Below are positions 50,190-64,000 of a DNA stretch of 64,000 nucleotides, one piece after another (within the stretch, counting starts at the first letter, position 1; each line of letters starts with the position of its first letter). The stretch is from Paraspadella gotoi. Lineage: Eukaryota > Animalia > Chaetognatha. The stretch covers positions 15,058,835 to 15,122,834 of the forward strand of contig CM119266.1 of NCBI GenBank assembly GCA_051294375.1, read 5' to 3'. The notes under the pieces are model-generated. The model ran no database searches. It had not been told where the DNA came from and saw nothing but the letters and a program-made list of their open reading frames with translations. A program made the position numbers and the translations under genes.

Positions 50190-51495
50190 GCGCAGCCGAG
50201 TCCGTCAAGAATAGACCGATCTTCTTCTTAGGTTAGTCTCTGCTCAGAAGAATAAGTTGTGGATTTCTGAGCCGTGCATTATCTCCAATTTAATGAAGAA
50301 AAAAAATATTTCGTTTTCGTCGTTCAGCTGCAGAGGCCGATTTATGCCACAATTTGACACGGTTTATAATTCGTTTCCTGGGCGCGGGTCTCGAGGAAAA
50401 CACGTGACTCCAACAGCCGTAATTGGTGTATATCGGGTTGAGTCAGTCGTCGTCAATCGTTCGTCAGTCGCGGGAAGGCTCGAAACTCCGTGATTTCTCT
50501 TGATAAAATAATATGTACGGTGCTTACATTACGGGAGATAACGCCGCGTGTTGGAAGGACTCCGTATCGGGCGATTCTCGATGGGTCTGGTCAGCGCGAG
50601 ACGCGATCATGCGCGTATCTTAGCACTTCTGGGGGGGAGCATTAAGGAAAAAATGAGCTAATTCGTGTATATTAACCTCGTCTTACGATCCGAACGATTA
50701 GACTTGAGATAAATTAATGGACATCCTTGGAAGAGCAAACACCAAATGTTGTTAAGTGGACAGTATTCGTATAAAGGTATCGCGACGTTTTTTGCCTTAC
50801 GTTTCAAAAGAGCGAACAGATGTATTCCTTTAGGTTTGAACGTTGGAGTTTATTTGTTACTGTCTTTTATTTTTCACGACTCTTGTAGTCTATCTATTTT
50901 TTTTATTCTTCGTAGGCATAATGGAGGCACGCTACAATGCTCGCTTTGTGGGGTAAAACGGGTTATATTTGGGTGAGTTGCAGATTGGATTACTTACGTG
51001 AATTACAAAGCGGTAGCTTGCATGTATGTTATGATACAGTGATAACTGGGTGAAGACTTGCGAATCGAGATCGTCTCTTTTTGTTCATGAAGTCATGTCT
51101 CCTCTCGTGATACGTGTGAAACCCACCTCTTCGCCAGCTTTTCTGTTTTTCCTTCTCTCTTGCCATCTTCTTCATTCATGCTCTCATTCAATATATCTCC
51201 TGATTGTTCCCCTCTCTCTTCCCCTTCTCCGCCTCGCGCCTTCGGCTTCCTCCTCGTCCTCCCTGTCCCCTTCCTCTTTCATCNNNNNNNNNNNNNNNNN
51301 NNNNNNNNTCGTCCGTCAGATTCGATGCTCTCGCTCTCACTCCCTTTAAAAAAATTTGTTTCTCCCTTCATTATTCAAATTTATATAAGAAAAAAAAATA
51401 TTTCGTTTTCGTCGTCGCGCGATTTATGCAAATTTGACTTTATTTTTCTGGGCGTAGGGTCTCGAGGAAACAGCGTGACTCACCCGTCGTTTGTA

Positions 51496-51536
<41 letters not shown>

Positions 51537-51862
51537 GGGAAGTCGAACTCGTGTCTCTGGACTAAATAATAATTACGCACATTACGCTCATTGGGAACGA
51601 AAAACAATTCGTGATTAATCTTCGACAGATTCTGAGTAAATTAATGGAATTTGAAAAAAATCTTTAGTTTTGTATATCTCTAACTTTTTTGCTTACTTCA
51701 ATGAGCGACCATTTCTTGTTTGTGGTTTATTATTTTTGTCTTTTTTTTTTTACGCTCTTTATTTTTTTATTCTCTAGGCTGCTTTTTCATTGAACATGTC
51801 TCCTTGTTTTCTTCATTCTTGTTTCTGTTTTTTCGGGTTTTCTTAGCTTCTATTGTTTCATT
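50190..51862. other. Direct duplication across a 25-N gap (noisy copy ~50190-51150, cleaner copy 51309-51862)
   Basis: Shared anchors in the same order: AAAAAAATATTTCGTTTTCGTCG, GATTTATGC, GGGTCTCGAGGAAA, AAATTAATGGA, CATGTCTCC. The first copy is inflated by insertions. Confidence 0.85.
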
Positions 51863-53727
51863 NNNNNNNNNNNNNNNNNNNNNNNNNACACGGAAAGAAT
51901 ATTCTTCATCTCGCTCTTCTCTTAGTGCTCTTCATTATCATCACTTTTATATCTACAACTTCATTGCGATCTCCGTCGTAATTCTGCTCTGGTCTCGCTT
52001 TCTCTCACGAAACCTCATTTCAATCTCTTCTCTCTTCAAAAATCATCAACTACTCATCTAACAATATAAATCTGTATATACTCCTTCTAACACCTCATAA
52101 ATATCTTAATCCTTCTTTTATTATAAATTTTGCTCGTTAAAATACTCATACATAACTCTCACAAAAAATGGGCGGGAATGAAGTTTTATTCATCTGAACA
52201 TCGCGGAGTTCTCAAAAAAACACGCTCTCTGATTCTCGTTCACACTCGAGCGGCTTGCTGCGAAGTGGCTGCCCTCATTCGTCGCGCTCTACTTCGTTTT
52301 CTCGGTCTCCTTTGTCCTGGCTAACGTAAAGTTATGCCGCATTTCATCGGGCTCGTGTGTATGTCAGCTAATCACTACAAGGTCTCATCTCACTCATACA
52401 GTCTCGAGGATCTGTTCAGTGTTCATTCTTTCTCTCTCACATCTGTAAATCTCTCTCTCAACTACTGTATTCTCGTCGTGCATCATCGACTCTTCTCGCT
52501 CCACACACGGGTCAAACAAATGACAATCACACGTCACAAATTAGAGTCTCTTTCTGCGTCAGTTTAAAAGAAATAGTTAAAGGAACGGCGATATGTGGTA
52601 AAAATAACAGCCCGGAAAAACTCGGAGCTCATGTTCTCATCAATGTGCATCTGTCTAAATATCTAAATGCTTTCAAGCCGTCACGCGACTTGGCTTTGAG
52701 ATTTTATATTTTAAAATAAGTAAAATAGAGTAATATACACTTCATTTTTTCTCGCTAAGGCTCGTATAGAGCGAGGAGGACCGACAACAGAGCGGAAACT
52801 AATTCTGAGGTCTTAGGATAGTATAAGTACGCGGCATACCATCATGTATTTAGGTATTAAGAGTGGGCATAGGATGAACGACTCTGGAGAAAGATTCGGG
52901 TTGCTATAAATGTTACGCGAGAGATAATCAAGAGAAAAATACGGGAAATACCCGTAAACAGAGACACAAGATAGGCAGGCGTTTGGGTGTCCCAGGGTGG
53001 TAGGAGGAGAAAGCGAGTGGTCAATTGTAAAGCGCGGATCGAGATATGTTAGAGAGAGAGCAGAAAGGAGAGAGAGAGAGGAGGAAGGGGAGAGACGAGA
53101 GAAGAGAGAGATGCAGGAGAGAAGAAAAGAAAATTTTCCTTCATTCGAATTCTTTCGCGATTTCGGTGCCGCATATTTGAAGAACCGCGAAAAAATTTAC
53201 ATTGTTCATCAAAGGGAAAAAACGACGACGAAGACGACGAAGCACTAGAGGAGATTCCACTGAAACATCTTCCTCGTACTCAGTCTCGTTCTTGAAATAT
53301 CTCTCGATCTTTCAGTCTCCGTCAAANNNNNNNNNNNNNNNNNNNNNNNNNNNNNNNNNNNNNNNNNNNNNNNNNNNNNNNNNNNNNNNNNNNNNNNNNN
53401 NNNNNNNNNNNNNNNNNNNNNNNNNNNNNNNNNNNNNNNNNNNNNNNNNNNNNNNNNNNNNNNNNNNNNNNNNNNNNNNNNNNNNNNNNNNNNNNNNNNN
53501 NNNNNNNNNNNNNNNNNNNNNNNNNNNNNNNNNCTATCAGTCATTACTCCTACTTTTTTCTCGTTATCTTTTTTCCCCGCTGCAATGCCCCGCAATTCAA
53601 TCCGGACGAATCTGACCTTTTTTTTCCGCGCGTCGCTGCGGCCAACATCCGGGTCTCAGCTGCGTCGCCAATTTTTGCCAGCGTAAATAAAAAGAAATAC
53701 AAATTGCGACTCGCCTACTACGGTTTT

Positions 53728-53759
<32 letters not shown>

Positions 53760-56700
53760 TTACTACAAGCGCGTGTTCTGAACTCCAATAAAACCTCACA
53801 AGTTACGTCAAAAACCCTTTTTTTTTTCTTTTCCAAATGATTTGCTGCTTCGATATTTCGATCCTCAGTCTTGATTTCCACAATTCGATTATTCTTGCGG
53901 GCGAATCGTCGTGAGCGAAAGGGACAGTCTGATTTACTTTTGAATGGATTAACGGACTCGCAGACGGACTCGCAGACGGACTCGGCGGGCGACACTAGAG
54001 TCCAGGTAAAAAGGAGTAAAAAGGCAACTTTATTTAAGATAAGCATTATTTTTTTNNNNNNNNNNNNNNNNNNNNNNNNNNNNNNNNNNNNNNNNNNNNN
54101 NNNNNNNNNNNNNNNNNNNNNNNNNNNNNNNNNNNNNNNNNNNNNNNNNNNNNNNNNNNNNNNNNNNNNNNNNNNNNNNNNNNNNNNNNNNNNNNNNNNN
54201 NNNNNNNNNNNNNNNNNNNNNNNNNNNNNNNNNNNNNNNNNNNNNNNNNNNNNNNNNNNNNNNNNNNNNNNNNNNNNNNNNNNNNNNNNNNNNNNNNNNN
54301 NNNNNNNNNNNNNNNNNNNNNNNNNNNNNNNNNNNNNNNNNNNNNNNNNNNNNNNNNNNNNNNNNNNNNNNNNNNNNNNNNNNNNNNNNNNNNNNNNNNN
54401 NNNNNNNNNNNNNNNNNNNNNNNNNNNNNNNNNNNNNNNNNNNNNNNNNNNNNNNNNNNNNNNNNNNNNNNNNNNNNNNNNNNNNNNNNNNNNNNNNNNN
54501 NNNNNNNNNNNNNNNNNNNNNNNNNNNNNNNNNNNNNNNNNNNNNNNNNNNNNNNNNNNNNNNNNNNNNNNNNNNNNNNNNNNNNNNNNNNNNNNNNNNN
54601 NNNNNNNNNNNNNNNNNNNNNNNNNNNNNNNNNNNNNNNNNNNNNNNNNNNNNNNNNNNNNNNNNNNNNNNNNNNNNNNNNNNNNNNNNNNNNNNNNNNN
54701 NNNNNNNNNNNNNNNNNNNNNNNNNNNNNNNNNNNNNNNNNNNNNNNNNNNNNNNNNNNNNNNNNNNNNNNNNNNNCCCCCCTACTCCCCCCCTCCGACA
54801 CCTCTCTCTTCCCCGACGGCGTTGTGAGTCGCTCGTAAATTCGTTCGGTGAAACGTAAGGCGTTTAAAGGTGGAAGGCGGTGAGGGGGTGAGGATCGAGG
54901 GGTGACTGGGTCGTTGACCGAGTTTACAATGTGAGATTGTGAAAGGGGGTTCATATGGGAAAGGTAAGAGGGGGAAGTTAACGTATTTCAAAAAAGATGA
55001 TCACGACGAGAAAGACAGAAAAAACCTTGAAAGAAAGAGGGTCAGACTCAGAGCGAGACAAAGAGAATGAGACGTAATTTGCAGCAAAGGGAAAGAAAAA
55101 TGAAAGAAACTATAACTGAGACGGACATACCGATAGGGATTTTGGGTAATGGTCATCTGAGAGGCGTGGAAGGTATTCGGTTAAAAGGGGGCGCGATATC
55201 TGTTCTCGCCAGAAGACCTCTGGCGACGAAAAAGAAAAGAAAGAAGTTTCATCGGCGACGACGGCGACGTCGGCGGCGAAGGTCATTTCGCTAATCATGT
55301 TCATTTGTGGCGCTGAGGTTCGAAGGAAAGGTTCAGACCATTCCGCCGCTGCCTCCGACGCCGCCGCCGCAGCAGACTAAAAATAGAGANNNNNNNNNNN
55401 NNNNNNNNNNNNNNNNNNNNNNNNNNNNNNNNNNNNNNNNNNNNNNNNNNNNNNNNNNNNNNNNNNNNNNNNNNNNNNNNNNNNNNNNNNNNNNNNNNNN
55501 NNNNNNNNNNNNNNNNNNNNNNNNNNNNNNNNNNNNNNNNNNNNNNNNNNNNNNNNNNNNNNNNNNNNNNNNNNNNNNNNNNNNNNNNNNNNNNNNNNNN
55601 NNNNNNNNNNNNNNNNNNNNNNNNNNNNNNNNNNNAAGGATTTCTTCGTAATTAAGATCCTTTCGTCCATTTCCCCGATTGTGGTCGAAGCGGCGAAGCG
55701 GCGCTGTCGAGATTTCGTCCGTTAGACCAAAACCGCCTCCGCTCCTGATCGGGAAAGTCGACGGCCAAAACGGAAACCCCTCGAACCTTTCCTCCCACTT
55801 ACCTTATATCTTACCTGACCGGACGTGTCCTTGATTTTGGAGGAACCTGGAAGAGTCGAGTTAGATCTTTCGAGTCTCAAACTTTTNNNNNNNNNNNNNN
55901 NNNNNNNNNNNNNNNNNNNNNNNNNNNNNNNNNNNNNNNNNNNNNNNNNNNNNNNNNNNNNNNNNNNNNNNNNNNNNNNNNNNNNNNNNNNNNNNNNNNN
56001 NNNNNNNNNNNNNNNNNNNNNNNNNNNNNNNNNNNNNNNNNNNNNNNNNNNNNNNNNNNNNNNNNNNNNNNNNNNNNNNNNNNNNNNNNNNNNNNNNNNN
56101 NNNNNNNNNNNNNNNNNNNNNNNNNNNNNNNNNNNNNNNNNNNNNNNNNNNNNNNNNNNNNNNNNNNNNNNNNNNNNNNNNNNNNNNNNNNNNNNNNNNN
56201 NNNNNNNNNNNNNNNNNNNNNNNNNNNNNNNNNNNNNNNNNNNNNNNNNNNNNNNNNNNNNNNNNNNNNNNNNNNNNNNNNNNNNNNNNNNNNNNNNNNN
56301 NNNNNNNNNNNNNNNNNNNNNNNNNNNNNCCCGCCATTACTACCCTCTTCCACTCCCCGCGCCTCGGACCCTCTTCCCATCCCCACTTTTCCCTTTGGCC
56401 TTAACCTTTGCCATCCCCATTGCGGCTCTAATCTTTCTCAATCTTAATCACGTTTCAAGTCTTCGTTCAGATTCATTTCGGGATGAGAGCGCGAAAGAAA
56501 GGAAGAGAGAAAGGAAGAAAGAAAGGAAGAGAGAAAGGAAGAGGAGGATAAATGTAAAGGGCGGAATGAGCAGAGAGGGGATTGAGTTGGGGAGAAAATG
56601 AGAGCGACGAAGAAATGAGAGCGACGAAGAAAAAGTCGGAAAATTAAGTGATATTCTGTGTTTCTTACTCAAGGGCACTATGACTACGCCCTAGTAAAGT

Positions 56701-57199
56701 TTAAACTTTAAAAAAAATTATTAAAAAAAAAACAAACTCTTTTTTTTCGTCATTTTCTATGAATAGAAGTTCAAACACACAAATATGACTCGTTATCGGT
56801 TTCTCTCACGAGTTTTTTCCCCTCTCTCATTCTCAAGCTTTTTTCTCCTGCACTCTCTCCCTCTCTCTCTCCCTCTTGCACCCCGATCCCGTTTCGCGCG
56901 GGTTCGCTTTCTGGGTCCAGATTTGTTGTCACAACCAGTGATTACGAATCGTAAGTGATTATGCAAACATTTAGAGGAGAAAATTATTCTCGATGGAGGC
57001 ATACATTTTTAATTCCTTTTCCGTTTAAATGAAAAGAAGGGAGTGCCGAGGGGGTATAAGTATATATAAATATAAGAAATACTTTTAAACATTTTTTTGC
57101 GAGAAATAATTACGGTAACTATTGACCGACTGCAAGAGATTCAAGCAGAAATTTTCATTACATGGGGCATTCACAAAGACTATCCTTCCCGCCAGCTGT

Positions 57200-57328
<129 letters not shown>

Positions 57329-57911
57329 ATCCAACCTCACCCCCCCTCGTTTACTCGTGTTGTGATTTGTGATTAAGGATTGGAAATTGCCCGTGGAAAT
57401 CGGCGTTCGTTGACCACGAGAGAGAGTGAGAAAGAGAGAGAGAAACACAGAAAAGCCCTCGACGCAGATTCGTTAGCGTTTGTTTGTTTCGCCTCGAATT
57501 ACCATCTTGACCCTTTTTCCTCGTCGTCGTCGTCGTCGTCGTTGTAGATGCGTGTCGTCATCGCAGATGTTGTTTGCGTTGTCATTGCAGAATAGTCACG
57601 TGATTCTAGGCGTCGTCATTGCAGATGTTGATTTCGTCATTGTCACTATTGAATAAAAATTAACGTCGTTTTAAAGGCGACAGATTAAAAAATATTCCGC
57701 CCTGAAACTATTTTCTTTTTCTTTTTTCTCTTTCTTTGTCTGTATTGCTCTCGCGGGTTTTTTTTCCCCCGGTTTTATTTGCCTTTCATTAATTTCTGCT
57801 TCCAAATGTGATTACGTTAAGTTCGTAATTACGTTATCTTAATTTTCGCAAAATCCCTAAACCCAGAACAAGAAAAAAGGAAAATCTGAAGTGGGAGACT
57901 GAATTAGCGGG

Positions 57912-57961
<50 letters not shown>

Positions 57962-58247
57962 AAAAAATTAGAATTTTTCCCCCCAGTTTTTTTTTCTTGT
58001 GGTAATTTTCAGTCGGTTCATTTTGATTATTTGGGCAAACACTAAGTCGTGATAGTATTTTGGGCGTTAGCTCTCTTTTCGAATTGAATGAGAGGGAATT
58101 AGGAAAATTAATAAAATTTGATTTCGAATTGCATTATACATTCAAAATATTTCGCTCAGAAAGCGTTCTTGAAAAAAAAGATTTTGCAATTAAATTGTCA
58201 TTACGTCAAGGTTTACGAATCTTAATAAAAAAACATGTTCATTTAGT

Positions 58248-58934
58248 TTGTTTGTTATTCTTTCACGCTATTTATATAACCTCGCAGTCAAGTTATGTAA
58301 GGTCCAAACGACCTCTAGATTCCATTCATTACCCAACGATGCCACGCGACCAACAACCTTGAGATGTCCGACGATCTCTGAGCCCATTTTTTCTTCTGCG
58401 CATCCAGAGAACGAAATTAGCTTCGAGGCAGCCGGGTCCGCCGCCGACGCCGCCGCCGACGCCGCCGGCGCCGCCGCCGCCAGCTCCGCAGACCGGATGC
58501 CCTTGACATTACCTCCATCTCTAAAGATGAAAACCGTAAACTTGTTCAGGAATTTCAACCATCTGACATTAACGAAGTTCGACTCCACATTTCCAGACGC
58601 CTCCGCCGCTGTTGGTTTCCGCGTTTCCCACAAATTCCCTGATTCTTCGCTCTCGTTTGTGCCTCCCGGTCTAGAACGCTTTATACTTCCGACCACCAAG
58701 TCAACATTAGTGTCGTTACAACGCCATTGCCGTCATTGCAACCATTGCTCCATTTTCCGCCAAAGCCGCCATCGCCAACAGACCAAAGAAAACCCGTTGC
58801 CATCGAAAGCAAACGCCACAACAACCCGCCCCACTCCACAGACTCCGCCGCCGCCGCCGCCGCCGCCACCGCCGTCGCCGCCACCTCCTCGCAAAAGTCG
58901 GCGACCCCAATTTGCCTTCCTGATGGATGGATAA
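58248..58934 (+). other. Complex GCC-rich island with a 228-codon open frame; function unknown (possible exon or lncRNA)
   Basis: Long ORF in non-microsatellite sequence with polyA/polyP runs like the zfh2 exons. No recognisable domain and no confident splice model. Confidence 0.25.
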
Positions 58935-58994
58935 AATGGTTAATCCAAATTCGGGTTTCCATCACTAACTAGCCACCGGGAATCAATCCACCAT

Positions 58995-59080
58995 AGCCAT
59001 TGGCTGTCGCTGATGAGTCTTTGTTTTTCGTTCCGCCAATGGGAGAGCGTCTCCTCGGTCCGGGTGACGTGTCGCGCGGG
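58995..59080. promoter_or_regulatory. Promoter-like motif cluster (two CCAAT boxes plus a CRE/ATF-like GTGACGTG)
   Basis: ATTGG at 58999-59003, CCAAT at 59036-59040 and GTGACGTG at 59064-59071, in a CpG-rich patch. Motif evidence only. Confidence 0.3.
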
Positions 59081-61348
59081 CATTGAGAGAAAGAAAGAAA
59101 GACGGAGGAAAAGGGGGCGAGGGGAAAAAAAGGGGCAAGAGTGGATAGGGGAACACTACGTGAAATTAAGTGACGGCCACTAAGTGATTGCCATCTCCGA
59201 ATTTAATGGAAAGTTTACATTTACTCAACGGCCTACACAGCTCAATACTTTTTTCCTTTCTTCTTTTTAACTCGTTTTTCCCCTTTCTTCCTTCATCCCT
59301 GCTTTTTCTTTTGTTCAAAGAAAAATAATTGTTTGCCGCAGTTTCCAAAAGTCACTTATTTGTTTAAAAGAGAAAAAAAAATAATTTCACTTTTCTTTGC
59401 TCTCACAAACCGCGAAAAGAATTATTTTTTATTTTTTCGAAAAACGAAGAGTAATGAAATTTCAGCCTCAGAGTAAATTCGTCACGTTTTGGTTCGTTAA
59501 TCATTTCCGGAAGAAAAATTAAAAACTATAATTTTTTTTTTCATTACGAAACTTTCTTTGGAGTTAGTTCCCTTCCAATCCTCTTATAGTGTTTTCAAAG
59601 TTCATTTTTCATTTTCTCGCTCACGTTTCTTTACTGCGTTTAAAATTTCCCTCATTTTAAATAACGTCACAGGGCGTATGGTCTGAGAAATTTTTTTTGG
59701 TGGTTTTTCTTTTTTGCATTAATGAATTTATCCCAATTTCATTTACCAGGCAAGCCGTTGTAGCAAATTTGTTTTTATTTATAGCATAAAAAGCAATCTA
59801 AATTCACCGGTTTTTCAATAAATGCTCTCTTATGATTAATATTTTTTAAGAAGAAAAAAACCCATTCTTTATTTAAACTTGTTGTTCCTAAAAAACACGT
59901 CATTGATTCCACATTCTTTTTTAAAAAGTCGGATTTAATTTTCGGCGAGCATATTTTTTGTTTACATACGGGACTTTGATTTTGGTTTCGTCGCGCTTTG
60001 TTTACATACGGGGGACTTTGATTTCCCGTTCGGAATTTCGTTAATGAGTCGAATCCGAAGAGAAAGAGAGAAAGAGAAAGAATGATAATAGATATTTGAT
60101 AAATTTTGATTTTAATTTATGTTTTTATGTTTAATAACTTTCATTTACAGTTTTAATGTCCATAACACCATTGCAAGAAATGTTGAAAATTGTTGATATC
60201 ATCCGCCATTTCAATTCGAGACTGAATGTTTGTTGGGAAGAGTATGAAATTCTGAGTGAAGAAGTTTGAATGGCCATTGGTCAGTGATCGATTCTCTTAA
60301 TTATATAAATAACTATCCATTTAATAACATTAATTTTCTCCCTTCTCCCCCCCCCTCTCCTTTTCTCTTTTCCCGCTCGCCATCTTCATCTTCGCGTTCC
60401 TTCTGGTAACAGGTAAGAGACGTAAAAATACTGCCAATGTAATAATAAGGTTAATGAAAAAGTAATAAGAAAGGAGTGGATTACGAATCTGTTTTGGCGA
60501 CGACATATCGAAACGAGGAGAGGTACCCCCTTCGGCGGAATTAATCTCATTATTCCGCCTGAGCCCCTGATTAAGAATCTGTATACAGAGTTTCTCTCAT
60601 TCATTATTGATCCAGGAATGTTTATTCATTTTCTCTCTCTCCTTCTCTCTTTCTCATTTATCCCTCTCTCTCTCTCTTTCTCTGTTTCGTTGTCCCCCCC
60701 TTTCCTTCGAGCTTAATTTCAATCCTTGCGAGCGTTGAAAAATAGACCCGCTCTTTCTCTTCCACTCGCTCTCGTTCTAACTCTCCTTTCTTTTAAATTG
60801 TCTCCATACAGACTATAGATAAAATCCTCGTTGATCTGAGTTTATTGTATTCGTTTAAGCGTATTTATCGAAATTCGATCCGACCGCCATGAGTACAGAT
60901 GTCGCCCAGAGCAGAGATTACGTCGCGGAAGGAAAAAAAAACGCCATTATGCAAATTAGGCGAAATAGAATTTCGCGTTGGCGCGCGCAATTATCACCAT
61001 ACGTAGATTAAATTGAGGTTTTTATTTAGTCAAAAACGTAAGAGCGCTTTTATCTGCTACATTTTAAATTTTCATTCTGCGTTTTTGTTTGATACTCGAG
61101 GTCGTTGAATTGTTTCATCTCTATTGATCTTTTGTCTTTTCTTCTAGGACACTCCTTCTACGCCCCCCGCTGTTCCCCCCCTCCACCCTATCAGCCTTTA
61201 TCTTCGCTCTAAATAATCTTTTCTCTTTATTTATCCTCGTTTCCAGTTTAAAAGAGAGATTCGACTGAGAGAAGCAGAAAATCATTGTTTCTTCCTCCCC
61301 CCCCTTTTTAATGGTCTTGTCTCTCTCTCTCTCTCTCTCTTCTCTTCT

Positions 61349-61386
<38 letters not shown>

Positions 61387-61719
61387 TCCCTCTCTCTCTC
61401 TCTTTCTCTCTCTTTTTTCGATGTGTGTGTCACTTTCATTTCATTCTGTCTCTCTTCTCTCTCACAATTTCTATCTTTTTACTTTTCCCTCTTTTTTTTA
61501 TTTCTATTTATTTCTTTTTTTCTTTTTTATCCTTTTTTCGATTCCATTCGTTTCGTCATCCGCCCTTCCCCTTAATTCATTCCCGGGCCTTTTTTCCCAT
61601 TGATTGGCCTAATAGCTGTTTCGTCCATCTTCTTTGTCTCAGTTATTTGCTTTCCTAATGCCTCCGGAGATCTTTTCCCTCGCTTTCCACTCTCGTCTCT
61701 CTCTCTCTCTCTCTCTCTC

Positions 61720-61763
<44 letters not shown>

Positions 61764-61916
61764 TTGTGAGAGTGAGAAATCGTGTGAAAAGTAAGAAAAA
61801 GTAGGTGGCTCCCACTTTCTCTGTCTTCTTCAGCCCTATTTTTCAAAGACTAAAAGCATCGCTGCCAACATGTAAAATAGCGAACTGTAAAGGGGGAGTT
61901 AAGTTAAAAAGTCTCT

Positions 61917-61953
<37 letters not shown>

Positions 61954-62606
61954 CCTCTCTCTCCTCCCTCGATCCTTTCTCTCTCCTCTCTCATCTCTCT
62001 CTCTCCTCTCTTTCTCTCTCCCTTTCCATTGACTAAGTAGTGAAAAATTAAAGCGGCGTAGAATGTCTCTGAAAATCGATATCTGTCCTAAATTTTCTCG
62101 TCACTAATGATTGTTTCGGAAAAAGAGAAAGGAAGGAGAAAAAAAGAAGAAAACAAATTTTTTTTCTCTTTTCTTCAAACGAAAGAAAAAAGAAGACAGG
62201 CGTGTTTAGTTCATTTTTTTTTTCTTATCTCTTTTCATTTTGAGTAAGGCCTTCTTTTTCGGATTAAGCTTCTCCCCGATTTAGTTTTTTTCTTAAAATT
62301 TTTTTTTTCTACTTGATATTTTTAAAAGAGCTTACGCCTTTTCTCGCTCTCTTTCCTACATTTTTGCTTTTCCTCACTTGTTCCTTTTCTTTCTGCTCCC
62401 TCTCCCTCTCTTCTCTCCCCATACTTTAAAAAACATCCGCCGTAGACGTGGCGCTGTCCATTTTTCATTAACGCGCGAGGGCGAGGGAAGCGATCGAGAA
62501 TATTTTATTCACTTTTTTTTAAGATTTCTCTTTCCGCTTTTTTTTTCCTTTTTTTTTTAGGTTTTTTCTCGCTTTTTCTCGAGTTTCTCTCTCCTTTTTT
62601 TAGGCG

Positions 62607-62640
<34 letters not shown>

Positions 62641-63394
62641 TCGATCGTCGTCGTCGTCGTCGTCGTCGTCCTTTAAGGAAAACTCATAATAACATCCTAA
62701 TGACGCGGTTCGTTTGGACAAACGGCGCTCATTTGCCTTTGCAATAATTCATTCGCGTCGTTGACTGGAACAGAATCGCGTTGCCAAGGAAACTAGAGAG
62801 AGAGAGAAAGAGAGAAAGAAAAAGAGAGAGTAGAAAGTGTTTCTGCTTGGCTTTCTTACTCAAAATGTAACATTATTACGAAAATAATTTTTTTTGCAAC
62901 GTAAAAGTTTTTAGATATATTTTTGCACTCTTGAAAAAAAAAATTAAAAAGTAATCTTTCCGAAATATATTCCTTTTCTAAATATTATTTTTCTTTTCTT
63001 TGTTCCTCTAATTTTTTTCCCCTTTTCTCTCCCTCTCCTGTAACCAATCTTATAATTTTTGGTCATGAATCTTGTAGGCCAACCAAAAGTAATAAAATTA
63101 CAATGGTCAACGTATTAACATACAAAGATTAAGACCTTATAGTCTCACACTGATAATTGAATGCTCATAGTTTTTGTTTTTTTCATATCTAAAAATAGTA
63201 AATTTACAATCGGACACAGTTGAACACTCTTTAATCTTGAATCGCCGGTCGTAATCGATAAAAGCAGTTTTCACCGTATTTCGTGGCAGGGCTCGGGTTT
63301 CTCTCGTTCGTCAAGTTTGGCAATCACGCCGCCTTGACAACTGCCCAGATAATCTCGTAATTACGACTTAGTTATCAACAATTATTACCAATTA

Positions 63395-63512
63395 GGGGAC
63401 CGACCACTATTTCCGCCCATTAGTAAAAAAAAAGGCCAGCAACATTATAAAAACAAAAATATGGGGACCGACCAACTGATTTCCGCCACTAGTAAAAGAA
63501 AAAAGGCACCAG
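63395..63512. repeat. Two-copy direct repeat with ~68-bp period (GGGGACCGACCA..TTTCCGCC..TAGTAAAA..GGC)
   Basis: Copies start at 63395 and 63463. Confidence 0.75.
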
Positions 63513-63623
63513 TCCCCGCCGAGGAAATAGAAGAATAAAAGATTCTGTATTTGTTTTCTTTTTTGGTCTCGTGGTCATTTTTTTTTTATCTAATTGAGNN
63601 NNNNNNNNNNNNNNNNNNNNNNN

Positions 63624-63658
<35 letters not shown>

Positions 63659-64000
63659 CTGTCGACTTCCTCCTTGAAAAACTTGTCCAATTAAAACTTA
63701 TTGAGTATTAAATTCTTGAACACGTCACGGAATGACGTTTGAGATTTTTAACGAGAATTGAGTCGAACCGGTATGTACGAGTTTTTTTTGTTGTTTTTTT
63801 TTTAATCACCTTGTCATTTTCCCTTTTCTTAAGTTTTCTTTATGAGTAATTGAGGGTCGAAGCTACATTTTCAGAGTTAAATGTAAATAAAGCGTAGCAA
63901 ACGTAGCGCGCTCCGCTCGAAGTAATTCCTGTTCGCGTTCCCCAAAAATAAAAGAGAGAAAGGGTTATGCCATTTATTCTTTTTCGAAGAAACGGCGGGC

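Noticed and set aside
59957-60025. Two-copy TTTGTTTACATACGGGACTTTGATTT repeat as a regulatory (Fox-site) array
   Set aside because: A simple local duplication explains it; there is no further evidence of function.

Overview
Eukaryotic, CpG-rich, microsatellite-dense invertebrate DNA (probably a protostome) from a gappy draft assembly that mixes accurate sequence with indel-noisy, long-read-like sequence. I see no prokaryotic system. The main gene is the 5' half of a zfh2/ZFHX3-4 (ATBF1-family) zinc-finger homeobox gene on the + strand. It has 8 phase-consistent coding exons (31734-39511, about 1,557 codons) and one non-canonical GC-AG intron; no homeodomain exons are visible in the window. 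The gene sits in the right arm of a roughly 30-kb palindrome (arms ~12826-28093 and ~28239-42735). The left arm holds a frameshift-riddled mirror copy, most likely a fold-back read or second haplotype used as gap fill, though a real inverted duplication is possible. Only the left arm carries a ~730-bp non-coding LTR element (TRIM-like: two ~250-bp hairpin-rich LTRs, a PBS-like motif and a target-site duplication), and the right arm shows the exact empty site. The window also has a ~71-bp satellite array (1-3560), smaller tandem repeats and a gap-flanking direct duplication. Comparisons to known proteins are from memory, not database searches.
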